Assembly (NCBI GenBank): GCA_033442325.1
Contig: JAWQFM010000021.1
Coordinates: forward strand, 265,854-329,853
DNA from: Salpingoeca rosetta
Taxonomy: Eukaryota; Protista; Choanoflagellata
Length of the DNA: 64,000 nt
Direction of reading: 5' to 3'
Below are positions 1 through 34,254 of this stretch, one piece after another; position 1 is the stretch's first letter; each line of letters starts with the position of its first letter. The notes under the pieces were generated by a model that searched no databases, was not told where the DNA came from, and was given only the letters and a program-made list of their open reading frames with translations. The translations under genes were made by a program, and so were the position numbers.

Positions 1-341
1 GTAGTCACCCCGTAGTACTCGTTTGATTTTTAATTTGCTGCGCCCGGGACATATCTTGGATTATTTTGCATTAAGAATGACTATTCTTCCTCCCTTTCAC
101 CCCCTTTCATTTCTTCGTATTATACTTTATTGGACCTACCCCTGTTTTCCTCTATTTCTAGTGCACTGTCGTGGTGTTGGTGGTGGTAGAACGCGGAAGA
201 AGCAAACAAGTGAAGAAGTAAGAAGAGTAGAAATAAGAGCGGGAGAATAGTAAGAGGGAGCCCAAGCACAGACTTGACGATTCAAATACATGGGGGGGGG
301 GTTCAACCGAAATGATTCGCTTTTTCGTCGCAGCATCATTA

Positions 342-429
<88 letters not shown>

Positions 430-441
430 AGACACACACAC

Positions 442-940
442 CTCGTGTCTGGTGATGTTGACGATGAGCTCGGTGATGTCAAAGACCTGGACAGTAATGC
501 CCGCCGAAGCAGCATCGCGCACCGCCTGATAACAAGACACCAGACACGCATGAGAAGGAACTGAACCTGACACGCGCACTCGCGCAGCATCAAGCACTGT
601 CCAAACCCTACGAGGCAAATGGCTCACACAGATGCATGCGCACGCGCGCATACATGCACACGCACACGCACCTTTGATGCGCTGGGTGTCAGCTTTGCTT
701 GTGCAACAATGATGCCAGCGTTAATGCCTTGTTGTGTGAGCTTGTCCAGGTACCTGATGAAGGAGCGGTGGTTGAGGTGTGAGTAACAAGAGTCGCCGCT
801 GAACATTGTAAAGGGAACAGCGAAACATGCTGTGGGAGGCAGAGGAGATGAACAAGCAAGGGTATGGATCAGCACACCCACAGCAAACACACACAAAAAT
901 GTACGCACACACACACACACACACGCAGCAAACAAACAAG

Positions 941-987
<47 letters not shown>

Positions 988-1606
988 ACTCCTTGACTTT
1001 GCTGATGCCAATTTTGAGATCATCCGCCCAGAAGATGGCAATGCGGTCTGCAATGGCAAGCAATGGTTGATCAGCCATGTGTAAGGGCGAGCATGAGCAC
1101 AAACACACGCGCGAGATTGTCCCTCTGTGGCCATAGCAGTAGTGGGTACCAGCACTGCGAGCGCACAGGCAAAACCCAAAACAAAGCCGTACTCTGTTCA
1201 TCCTTCTTGTGCGCAAACACGCTGTCCAGCTCCGACGGCCTACAACATGTTTGTTCGTGCGTGCGAGAGGGAGCATGTGCGTGTGTATGCGCGCGCGTGT
1301 GTGTGGTGGGATGGTGAACGCGAGGGGGGGGGGCAGCAGGCGTCATGCACGCAGTGTTCACACAGAGAGAGAGATACACACGCACACGCACACACACACA
1401 CACACAAATACATGGACACAGACACACACGCACAGAACACACACACACACACACAGAGCACACAGAGCACACACCAACCTTGGGTCACTGCCGAAGCGCT
1501 GCTCAAACTCTGTTTTGGAAACCTCTGTGTGTGGGACACTGTAGCCACGATCGCTGCACAACTGCACCGTCGTGTTGTATGCTCTGCGCAAGCGTTCCAC
1601 GTCCAT
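442..1606 (-). CDS. RPB5: RNA polymerase I/II/III shared subunit RPB5 (5' five exons; 3' exons not found in window)
   Basis: Approximate exons 1606-1479 (MDVERLRRAYNTTVQLCSDRGYSV..FEQRFGSDP), 1239-1193 (RPSELDSVFAHKKDEQ), 1047-990 (DRIAIFWADDLKIGISKVKE), 753-672 (YLDKLTQQGINAGIIVAQAKLTPSASK), 525-442 (VQVFDITELIVNITRHE). These are colinear with RPB5 motifs QLCxDRGY, KxGIK, IIV..xTPSA and ELLxNITxHE; boundaries are GT-AG. Confidence 0.9.
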
Positions 1607-1655
1607 GTCGCTGGTGCTGCTGGTGCCGTGTTATGACAAAGCAGCTGCGGTTTGT

Positions 1656-1711
<56 letters not shown>

Positions 1712-1783
1712 TTGAGGGCAATTTGTGGTGTCGTGAAACAACACTGGATACGACGACTGTTCTTGCTTGCTCGCCACACGAAT
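1607..1783. promoter_or_regulatory. Short divergent (probably bidirectional) promoter between RPB5 and P5A-ATPase, containing a (CA)n tract
   Basis: Only 177 bp separate the head-to-head start codons at 1606(-) and 1784(+). Confidence 0.55.
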
Positions 1784-12334
<10,551 letters not shown>

Positions 12335-12877
12335 TCAACACCAATCATGGGCCGTGCCAACCCAACCCCCCCCCTCCTACGCTAGTGCTTTGTATTGTTT
12401 GTTTGCTTGTTTGCATGTTTGTTTGTGTTGGCTGTTTGCTTGTTCGCGTCTGTCCTTGTTGGTGCCTGTCTGTGTTTGTGCCTTGGTGTTGTTGTTCATT
12501 TGGTCCAGTTGTGACTCTTGGTTGAGCATCATAAACGTGCACCAACAGCATGAGTTTCAACGCCGTTGCCTGCAGGCATCACTCTCACAACTTCAATGAT
12601 TGTGTACAACCTGTGCAACGCCAGTCTGGGTGTGCGTTTTTCTCACACGGTCAAAACGCCTGCTGTGAAACGGACCAACGCGCTGTGCAGGACACGACAC
12701 GCCTTCAAGACCACCAGTCAGAGCAGCCACATGCTCACAGCATGAGGCGTAATTCGTCTCCTCTCAAGTCCGCCACAACCAACAACCAAATCTGCTCGTA
12801 TTGTATGGGCTTGAAAAACACGTCGTGGATTGCTTATGCACAAGAAGGAACACAGACGAAGAGCTGCAGTGTGTAAC

Positions 12878-13045
12878 TGTTGGTGTTGGTCCGTTCATTC
12901 TGGTGATGTGACGTACGTATGACGTCACGACCTACATCCTTTGTTCTCTTGCTTTAGACTTATTGCATGTACATTGCATGTCATCTGGAGTATTCTCGTA
13001 CCAATACAACCTCAGCACCAACGCCAAGGGAGTGAGCAGCTAAGA
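12878..13045 (+). repeat. 5' LTR (TGTTGG...CTAAGA)
   Basis: Base-for-base identical to 23932-24099 by manual comparison. Confidence 0.95.
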
Positions 13046-13059
13046 GATTATGAGACCCA
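13046..13059 (+). promoter_or_regulatory. Primer-binding site GATTATGAGACCCA, complementary to a tRNA-Met anticodon arm (half-tRNA type)
   Basis: Reverse complement TGGGTCTCATAATC contains the CT-CAT-AA anticodon loop in the GTCTCATAATC context of elongator tRNA-Met. The TGG start expected for 3'-CCA priming is absent. Confidence 0.7.
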
Positions 13060-13111
13060 TGAGGTCTGTGGTGTGAGCAGCGACAGCACCCAGACAGCAC
13101 CTTCCACAGCC

Positions 13112-14137
13112 ATGGACCAGGTGCGACATGACATACCGCAAGGGCCGGTCTTTGACGGCAAAGTGTCGTCACTGAGAGTGTTCAAGGTGAGAATGAGCTA
13201 CTTCCTCATGAAGAATTGCCCAGGCGCAGAGAGAGTGCTCGAGGGGAAGGAGGTTACCAAGGAGCAAGAACAGTTTGCGTACCTGTGCATCACCTCGGCT
13301 CTAGAGGGATGTAAAGGGACAACAGCAGCGACTGGAGCACTGGGTGAAGAAGATGCGGCATCAGCATGGAGGACTCTCCTTGATTACTACCAGAGACCAG
13401 AGAACGAAGTGCAGAAGACGAGCCATCTCGTAGACTTCTTCAATGACACCAAGATGATGCCAGGAGACAGTGAAGACGAGTATGCGAAGAGACTCTACGA
13501 CGCACGCGACAAGTTCTACTCTGTGTACGACAAGGAGGAGACAGTGACCTGGGGGAAGGTGGCCACAGCGATTGCTTTTGCCAACTTTCACATGACGAAG
13601 CCAAAAGCCTTTGGTAACGAGATCAAGACGCCACCAGCATCGGTACAAGAGATGACGAAGCAGATCCTCTCCAGCAACCCGAAGCTAGGGGAGATCAGGG
13701 GGGAGGAAGCCGAACAAGTACTCTACATCGGCAAATCACCCCAGCGGCCCAAGAGGGCGAAAACCATGTGCAAGTGGTGCCGCCGATATGTGTATCACCA
13801 CGAGGACAACTGCTACGACAACCCCCACAACAAGCAGATGAAACCAAATCGGCCGGCCAAGCAAGGACAGCGGACCCAGGGGACTTGGAGGCACGTCAAA
13901 CAGAGACTACAACCCGCCAATGGCCCAGTGATGTACAACATTCAACCACAACAACAACGCCCACCGCCATACGGAATTGGTGTGGACTCGCAGTCTTCAG
14001 TACACATTTTTTCCGACACAGCATACTTCACACACCTTACGACCCGGACACGGCCAGCACTGGTGAAAGGCCTGGGCGGTGTGGTGAGTGTGTGGGAGGA
14101 AGGCACGGTGAGGATGGTTGTGGTAGTGGAGGGGAGA
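13112..14137 (+). CDS. Copia gag and N-terminal part of the aspartic protease (interrupted by the MULE)
   Basis: MDQVRHDIPQGPVFDG..FKVRM; A..AWRTLLDYY gag motif; knuckle CKWCRRYVYHHEDNC; protease VDSQSSVHI..VKGLGG. Confidence 0.9.
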
Positions 14138-14339
14138 GAGTAAATGAAAAAAGTCGCCGGCCTTTGGCAAAAGGTCGCCAAGGGGGCGTTCCCGGTAAAA
14201 CGTCGCCGCTGCTGCGATTCGCGGCGAAACGTCGCCACCCCTCTGTCCCACAAGCGGTAAAACGTCGCCGCTGCTGCGATTCGCGGCGAAACGTCGCCAC
14301 CCCTCTGTCCCACAAGCGGTAAAACGTCGCCGCTGGTGC
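14138..14339 (+). repeat. Left TIR (202 bp; two full 62-bp tandem units plus a partial one)
   Basis: Unit CGGTAAAACGTCGCCGCTGCTGCGATTCGCGGCGAAACGTCGCCACCCCTCTGTCCCACAAG starts at 14193 and 14255, with a partial copy at 14317. Confidence 0.93.
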
Positions 14340-15012
14340 GAGACACACACGCGTCGAGTGACATGTGCAGCATCCCTGTGTGCGCGTCCTTGATATTGCG
14401 TGGATCATGTTCGTCGTTTCGTCGGTTTACTCGTGCAACAACAACACCGGGTGCCACAACAACGGGTGCCACAAGAACAAGAACAACAAGAACAACAAGA
14501 ACGCGAACAACAAGAACAACAAGAACGAGAACAACAACAACAACAACAACAACAAGAACAACAAGAACAACAAGAACAACAACAACAACAGCAGCAGCAG
14601 CAGCAACAACAACAACAACAACAACAGGTGTCACAACCACGACGCAGCGGACGCTCCGGGCGCAGAACCGCACATATATACACGTACACACGCAAGCACT
14701 TACAAGCATATAATCGTGTATGTAAGCTCAATACACATTCACACATGCGGCGCGACTTGAAACCTATTGCCGTCTCGTATTCCAGCGTGATGGGGCATTT
14801 GCACCGCTAAATGGATCTTCACCTGATAGATATTCCCACCAGTGCCCACACGGAGTGAGAGTTGGGCTATCGGCACTCTCTGCATGTAATCACACATACG
14901 TACGGGTACAAGCACATGCACGCACGTAGGCGTTCTGGAAGACAAGAGAGAAAAAGCGAGCAAAGCATGTCAAACGTGGGGGTGGACATGTTGGTTGGAC
15001 ATCTCCAGAGGC

Positions 15013-19838
<4,826 letters not shown>

Positions 19839-19893
19839 GTTGAGCCGCGAATGACGTGGCACAGCATATTTCCATGATGATGTCCTAATCTAA

Positions 19894-20157
19894 GCACCAG
19901 CGGCGACGTTTTACCGCTTGTGGGACAGAGGGGTGGCGACGTTTCGCCGCGAATCGCAGCAGCGGCGACGTTTTACCGCTTGTGGGACAGAGGGGTGGCG
20001 ACGTTTCGCCGCGAATCGCAGCAGCGGCGACGTTTTACCGCTTGTGGGACAGAGGGGTGGCGACGTTTCGCCGCGAATCGCAGCAGCGGCGACGTTTTAC
20101 CGGGAACGCCCCCTTGGCGACCTTTTGCCAAAGGCCGGCGACTTTTTTCATTTACTC
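19894..20157 (-). repeat. Right TIR (264 bp; three full 62-bp units plus a partial one)
   Basis: Reverse complement of the left TIR with one extra 62-bp unit. Confidence 0.93.
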
Positions 20158-20167
20158 GGAGGGGAGA

Positions 20168-23100
20168 GAGAGAGTTCTCACTTTCCAAAATGTTCTCCTG
20201 TTGCCTGAGCTTGGCTTCAACATACTTTCTGCAGGACGACTTGTGGAAGCAGGCATGACAGTGACTCTGCATCCCGAGCACCCCAGTCTGAGCGATGAGC
20301 ACATGACGATGGAGCTGGCAAAGAATGGGGCAACATACTACTTGCGTGCCAAGCCACACCGACCTGGCCAACCAACTCAGCGATGCATGGCCATCACGCC
20401 CTTGGAGACATGGCATAGGCGGCTCGGTCACCGTGCGTGGCAGGATGTGAAACGAGTGCTAAGCGGGAACGGCATACAGACCACGACAGACGAACCTGAC
20501 TGCACGGACTGCCTACCCTACAAGACGCACCGGAAGCCGGTGAAGAAGAAGTCACAGCCACATCATCTGGAACCTGGCGATCGAATCCATGCGGATATCC
20601 TGGGCCCATACCAAGGATGCCACCAGGGATACGCGTACGTGATGCTGTTTGTGGATGAAAGATCCAGGTATGCTGAGGGAATCGCGATGAAGAAGAAGTC
20701 CGACGCAGCAGCAACGCTTGCGCAGTTCGTTGCGACTACAGCTATCCCAGTTCAAAGAGGCACGCTGATGCAGCTTGACTACGATCCAGTGTTCAAGTCT
20801 CAAAGATTTGCGACAACAGCGACAAGGCTCGGGATTGGTTTGCGCTACTCGCCACCCTACACGCATCAGCACAATGGAGTGGCAGAAAGGAACTGGAGGA
20901 CGATCAAAGAAACAGCTGCGGCCATCCTAGGAACGTCGGCGATTCCACCACAACAGCGAGGCCGGTTCACCATTGCGGCTATTCAACACGCGACCACAAT
21001 CTACAACTGCATGCCACACACCGGCACGGACCATACGACGCCATACACAGCCCTGCTGGGGAAACAACCACCTCTTCAGATGCTGAAAGTGTTCGGTTGC
21101 CGCTGTGTCATCTATGATGAGACTCAAACCAGCGAGTCGCCATTGCCCCCGCGAGGACTCTGGGGATTCTACCTCGGGCTGGATCAGTCTTGCAACGGGC
21201 ACCGTGTGTTTGTCCAAGCCACGGGGAGAGTGCGGGCAGGAATCAATGTTGACTTCGTTGAGCGAGCACAGGCAGAACAGCAACAACAGCAAACGGCTGA
21301 AACGAAAACTGACGGTGAACATATTAAAGCAGCGCATCGCACGGTCTTCGGCGGACGCGTCACAGCACAACAACAGCAGCCTGTGGCCTACGACGACCAC
21401 AACAGTGGACACGTCGGGACAGAGCAACATGCGGCCTACGACGACCACAACAGTGGACACGTCGAGGCAGAGCAACATGCGGCCCACAACAACCACAACA
21501 GTGCACAAGTCGGGGCAGAGCAACATGCGGCCTACGACGACCACAACAGTGGACACGTCGAGGCAGAGCAACATGCGGCCCACAACAACCAAAATGGTGG
21601 ACACGTCGAGGCAGAGCAACAGGCGGCCTACGACGACCACAGCAGCGAGGCAGAGCAACATGCGGCCCACAACAACCACAGCAGTGCACACGTCGAGGCA
21701 GAGCAACATGCGGCCTACGACGACCACAACAGTGGACACGTCGAGGCAGAGCAACATGCGGCCTACGACGACCACAACAGTGGACACGTCGGGGCAGAGC
21801 AACATGCGGCCTACGACGACCACAACAGTGGACACGTCGAGGCAGAGCAACATGCGGCCCACAACAACCAAAATGGTGGACACGTCGAGGCAGAGCAACA
21901 GGCGGCCTACGACAACCACAGCGGCGAACACACGGGTGAAAACGAACCATCAGAGGATCACCTGATGCCGACTGTGGCACCTGAACACGAGATCACACAT
22001 GAACTCCAAACATCAGCAGCCTCCTCGACCACAGCAAACACGAAACAGCCGCTGAGGCGATCCAGCAGATCCCGAAAGACAGTGGTGAAGATGTGTCTGA
22101 CGGCGAATGTGACAGACCGGGTTACACCAAAAACGTGGGGGGAGGCAATGGAGAGTGATGACAGGCAGAAGTGGATGGAGGCATTCTCGGAGGAATGGAC
22201 CAACATGACCACATTTGACGTGTTTGATGTGGTCGAAGCCAGAGACATGCCGATGAAGACGAAGGTTCTGCCGAGCACGCTTGTACTCTCGGTGAAGCAT
22301 CAGCAAGATGGAGAAGTGAGGTATAAGGTGAGGATGGTATGTTGCGGCAATCGACAGCATTCGTCGACGCTGGGGGAAGTGTTCGCGCCCACAGCACATG
22401 CGGATGCACTGAGAACAACGCTGGCGGTGGCTGTGATGAGGGGGTGGCAACTATGTCAATTTGACGTGAAGGCGGCTTTTCTTCATGCGCCGATCGATGA
22501 CCACAACATCTATGTCAGGCCACCGGCAGCGGCCAACCTCCCAGGCAGTGCAGTGCTGCACCTCAAAAGGTCGCTCTACGGCCTTCGCCAAGCACCCCGA
22601 CTATGGCACCAGCATTTGAGCAAGGAGCTGCAAGCGCTTGGGCTCCTCGCAGTCAAATCAGACGCATGTGTGTTTGTCTCCGCAACAGCTATCGTGTGTG
22701 TCCACGTGGATGACTTCATCGTAGCAGCAGACAGCCAGGGACGCATTCACGAGATCAGCACCAAGCTCGGCAGGCATCTGAAGGTGAAAAACCTCGGGGA
22801 GCCTACCTCCTACCTGGGCATGGACCTTCACCGCACCACAAACGGGCTGAGGATCAGCCAAGAGCGGTACCTAAGAGGCCTTCTCCAAGAACATGGACTA
22901 CAGGACTGCAAACACAAGGCCACCCCGCTACCTCCAAAAGGAAGGCTTCACACAGCAACAGCACCGGACACGGACGTAGGGGAATACCAGCGGCTCGTCG
23001 GAAGCCTCATGTATCTGGCAGTCATGACGAGGCCAGATATCCGGTATGCGACGTCAGTACTTGCCAAACAGATGGCAGCGCCAACGAAACAACACCTACA

Positions 23101-23659
23101 CGCTGCCAGACACGTGCTCAAATATCTCAAGGGACAGCCTGACCTCTGCATCGTTTATCGACGGCAACAACCACAACAACCGCAACACCAGCAACAGCTG
23201 ACAGGATTTGCAGACGCCAGTCACAACACATGCCCTGTCACCTCAAAAGGCCATGGCGGCTTCTGCTTCACCCTGGGCGGAGGACCAGTATCTTGGTCAT
23301 CCAAGCAACTCCCTCTTGTCACGGCGTCGACAGCAGAGACAGAATACGTCAGCATTGCCACAGCTGCGCAAAGAGCAGTGTTTCTAAGACAACTCCTGAA
23401 GGAGCTGGGTGAAGACCCCGGCGTCACAACCATTTACACGGACAACCAGCCGGCAATTGCCATTGCAAACAACAACAGCAGCAACGTCAGCAGCAAACAC
23501 ATTCATCTGCGATTTCATATCCTGAGGGACTTAGTTGCAGAACGCGCCATCAAGCTGCAGTATCAACCTGGTAGCACTCTGCTGGCTGACATGTTCACCA
23601 AGGCACTGCCCAGAGTCGCCCTTGACACCTGCAGGAGGCAGGTGCTGAGCAAGCCTTGA
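20168..23659 (+). CDS. Copia pol continuation: protease C-terminus, integrase, reverse transcriptase, RNase H
   Basis: VLLLPELGFNILSAGRL; WHRRLGH..CTDC; IHADILGP, QLDYD, QHNGVAER; YKVRMVCCGNRQ, QFDVKAAFLH, LKRSLYGLRQAPRLW, VHVDDF; GFADAS, STAETEY, YTDNQPAI, ADMFTKAL. In frame with gag once the MULE and one TSD are removed (4518 nt, 1505 aa). Confidence 0.95.
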   Translation, partial: ERVLTFQNVLLLPELGFNILSAGRLVEAGMTVTLHPEHPSLSDEHMTMELAKNGATYYLRAKPHRPGQPTQRCMAITPLETWHRRLGHRAWQDVKRVLSGNGIQTTTDEPDCTDCLPYKTHRKPVKKKSQPHHLEPGDRIHADILGPYQGCHQGYAYVMLFVDERSRYAEGIAMKKKSDAAATLAQFVATTAIPVQRGTLMQLDYDPVFKSQRFATTATRLGIGLRYSPPYTHQHNGVAERNWRTIKETAAAILGTSAIPPQQRGRFTIAAIQHATTIYNCMPHTGTDHTTPYTALLGKQPPLQMLKVFGCRCVIYDETQTSESPLPPRGLWGFYLGLDQSCNGHRVFVQATGRVRAGINVDFVERAQAEQQQQQTAETKTDGEHIKAAHRTVFGGRVTAQQQQPVAYDDHNSGHVGTEQHAAYDDHNSGHVEAEQHAAHNNHNSAQVGAEQHAAYDDHNSGHVEAEQHAAHNNQNGGHVEAEQQAAYDDHSSEAEQHAAHNNHSSAHVEAEQHAAYDDHNSGHVEAEQHAAYDDHNSGHVGAEQHAAYDDHNSGHVEAEQHAAHNNQNGGHVEAEQQAAYDNHSGEHTGENEPSEDHLMPTVAPEHEITHELQTSAASSTTANTKQPLRRSSRSRKTVVKMCLTANVTDRVTPKTWGEAMESDDRQKWMEAFSEEWTNMTTFDVFDVVEARDMPMKTKVLPSTLVLSVKHQQDGEVRYKVRMVCCGNRQHSSTLGEVFAPTAHADALRTTLAVAVMRGWQLCQFDVKAAFLHAPIDDHNIYVRPPAAANLPGSAVLHLKRSLYGLRQAPRLWHQHLSKELQALGLLAVKSDACVFVSATAIVCVHVDDFIVAADSQGRIHEISTKLGRHLKVKNLGEPTSYLGMDLHRTTNGLRISQERYLRGLLQEHGLQDCKHKATPLPPKGRLHTATAPDTDVGEYQRLVGSLMYLAVMTRPDIRYATSVLAKQMAAPTKQHLHAARHVLKYLKGQPDLCIVYRRQQPQQPQHQQQLTGFADASHNTCPVTSKGHGGFCFTLGGGPVSWSSKQLPLVTASTAETEYVSIATAAQRAVFLRQLLKELGEDPGVTTIYTDNQPAIAIANNNSSNVSSKHIHLRFHILRDLVAERAIKLQYQPGSTLLADMFTKALPRVALDTCRRQVLSKP
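21386..21930 (+). repeat. Coding 48-bp minisatellite (AYDDHNSGHVEAEQHA, ~11 units) between integrase and RT
   Basis: Directly visible in DNA and in the translation of ORF 19982..23659. Confidence 0.92.
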
Positions 23660-23931
23660 GGGGGTGTGGGGGTACTGAACACAGCACGACTTCAACACAT
23701 ACCAGAAGTTGGTGCATCGCTTTCTACACAAGTTTTCATTGGCGCCTGAGATGCAGGACACTGCCGTAACAGCTTTCCTCAACAGCTTTCAACAACAGCC
23801 TCCTGACATGGCAGGCAGACGAAACAACCACTTCAAGCCAAGAGAGACAACTACCCCTACGCAGCAACAAGAGTCTGCTTTCCGTGTCTGCGAAAAGGGC
23901 GACAGCGTTGGGTGCGGAGGTTGAGGGGGTG

Positions 23932-24099
23932 TGTTGGTGTTGGTCCGTTCATTCTGGTGATGTGACGTACGTATGACGTCACGACCTACATCCTTTGTTC
24001 TCTTGCTTTAGACTTATTGCATGTACATTGCATGTCATCTGGAGTATTCTCGTACCAATACAACCTCAGCACCAACGCCAAGGGAGTGAGCAGCTAAGA
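23932..24099 (+). repeat. 3' LTR
   Basis: Identical to the 5' LTR; preceded by PPT-like GAGGGGG; followed by TSD GTAAC. Confidence 0.95.
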
Positions 24100-24190
24100 G
24101 TAACTGTGGCAAGAGAACAGCAGCACAAAATGGAATCAAACACAACACACCTGCCCTTCTCTCACGTGCAAACAGAGCAAAGGCAACCAA

Positions 24191-24276
<86 letters not shown>

Positions 24277-24285
24277 CCCACACTA

Positions 24286-33225
<8,940 letters not shown>

Positions 33226-33955
33226 GTGTGTGTTGTATGGGCGCTTGCTGTGTTGTTTTGTTTGCTTGCAAGCAAATGCCGCAATCCGGTGGCGACTGCT
33301 GTGCGCAGTTGCAGCCTCGCAGTGGACTTTCACGTGAGCGGGTAGAACAGAGGATAGTGGACGGGTGAGCGCAAGACCAGTGCCTGCAGGCACAAGCAGT
33401 CTCTTGCTGTTGTTGTTGTTGCTGTGTAGTGTGCTGTGGATTGGTTGTGTGATGGCTAGTTTGTTGTTGTGTGATGGCTAGTTTGCTGTTGTGGGAGGGA
33501 ATCGACAAACACACAGATCAACAGATGCAGACACACACGCGCGCACACACAAGCTCAGGCAGGTGTGGCACGTGTGTTTGTTGTTGTCGCTGCTGTTTTG
33601 GTGTTGGTGGGTGCTGGCGGTGGCGTTAGTTGCTTGCTTCACTTCTTCGTGCCGCGTGGGATGGGTGGAAACAATGGGTGGTGTGTGTGTGCAGAGAGGT
33701 GGGTGGGTGCGCTTGTGGCGTGCCAACGGCCAGTTTTGCTTGACGAGGAGGGGACGCTGCCTTGAAGCTCGAACGATCTTGCCCGAACCAGGAATTTTAT
33801 TCGAAATTTCCCATAAATTTCGTCCAAGCGGTGTTGTGTGGTTTGGGATGGATGGGATGGTTGGTGATAGGAGGTGGCGGCTGACGTGCACCGGGCGGCG
33901 GGGATGGAAATGACCTCTACATGACTGTGAATGCAGCGCACACTCCCTCTTCACG

Positions 33956-33997
<42 letters not shown>

Positions 33998-34055
33998 TCA
34001 TACAGCAAAACCTAGCAGAACACATGTTGTTCCGTTTGCATGTGACGGATGAATT

Positions 34056-34222
34056 TCAGCGCCAGTGTCGTTTGGGTAGGCTCTTTGTGCCGACAGTGAG
34101 CGCAGGGCGAGTGTCGTCCTGGACATATGGATCTGCTTCCTCTCTTCGCCGCAGCCACTCTGGCTGCTCGCTGCTTGTCTGTGACTCGGCCCCTTCCTTC
34201 CAATACTGTCGTTGCAGGGGTG

Positions 34223-34254
<32 letters not shown>

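Noticed and set aside
1-340. AT-richer segment with ORF 23..250, where the remaining RPB5 exons might be expected
   Set aside because: No recognisable RPB5 C-terminal exon or other motif; it looks like intron or low-quality contig-end sequence.
14193-14339. 62-bp repeats (and the 48-bp repeats at 21386-21930) as a CRISPR-like array
   Set aside because: Head-to-tail units without unique spacers and no cas genes; explained as TIR subrepeats and a coding minisatellite.
19982-20167. N-terminus of the 1225-aa ORF (MGQRGGDVSPR...) as a real TIR-pol fusion protein
   Set aside because: It begins at a GTG inside the MULE TIR; this is a chance open frame leading into the interrupted copia pol.
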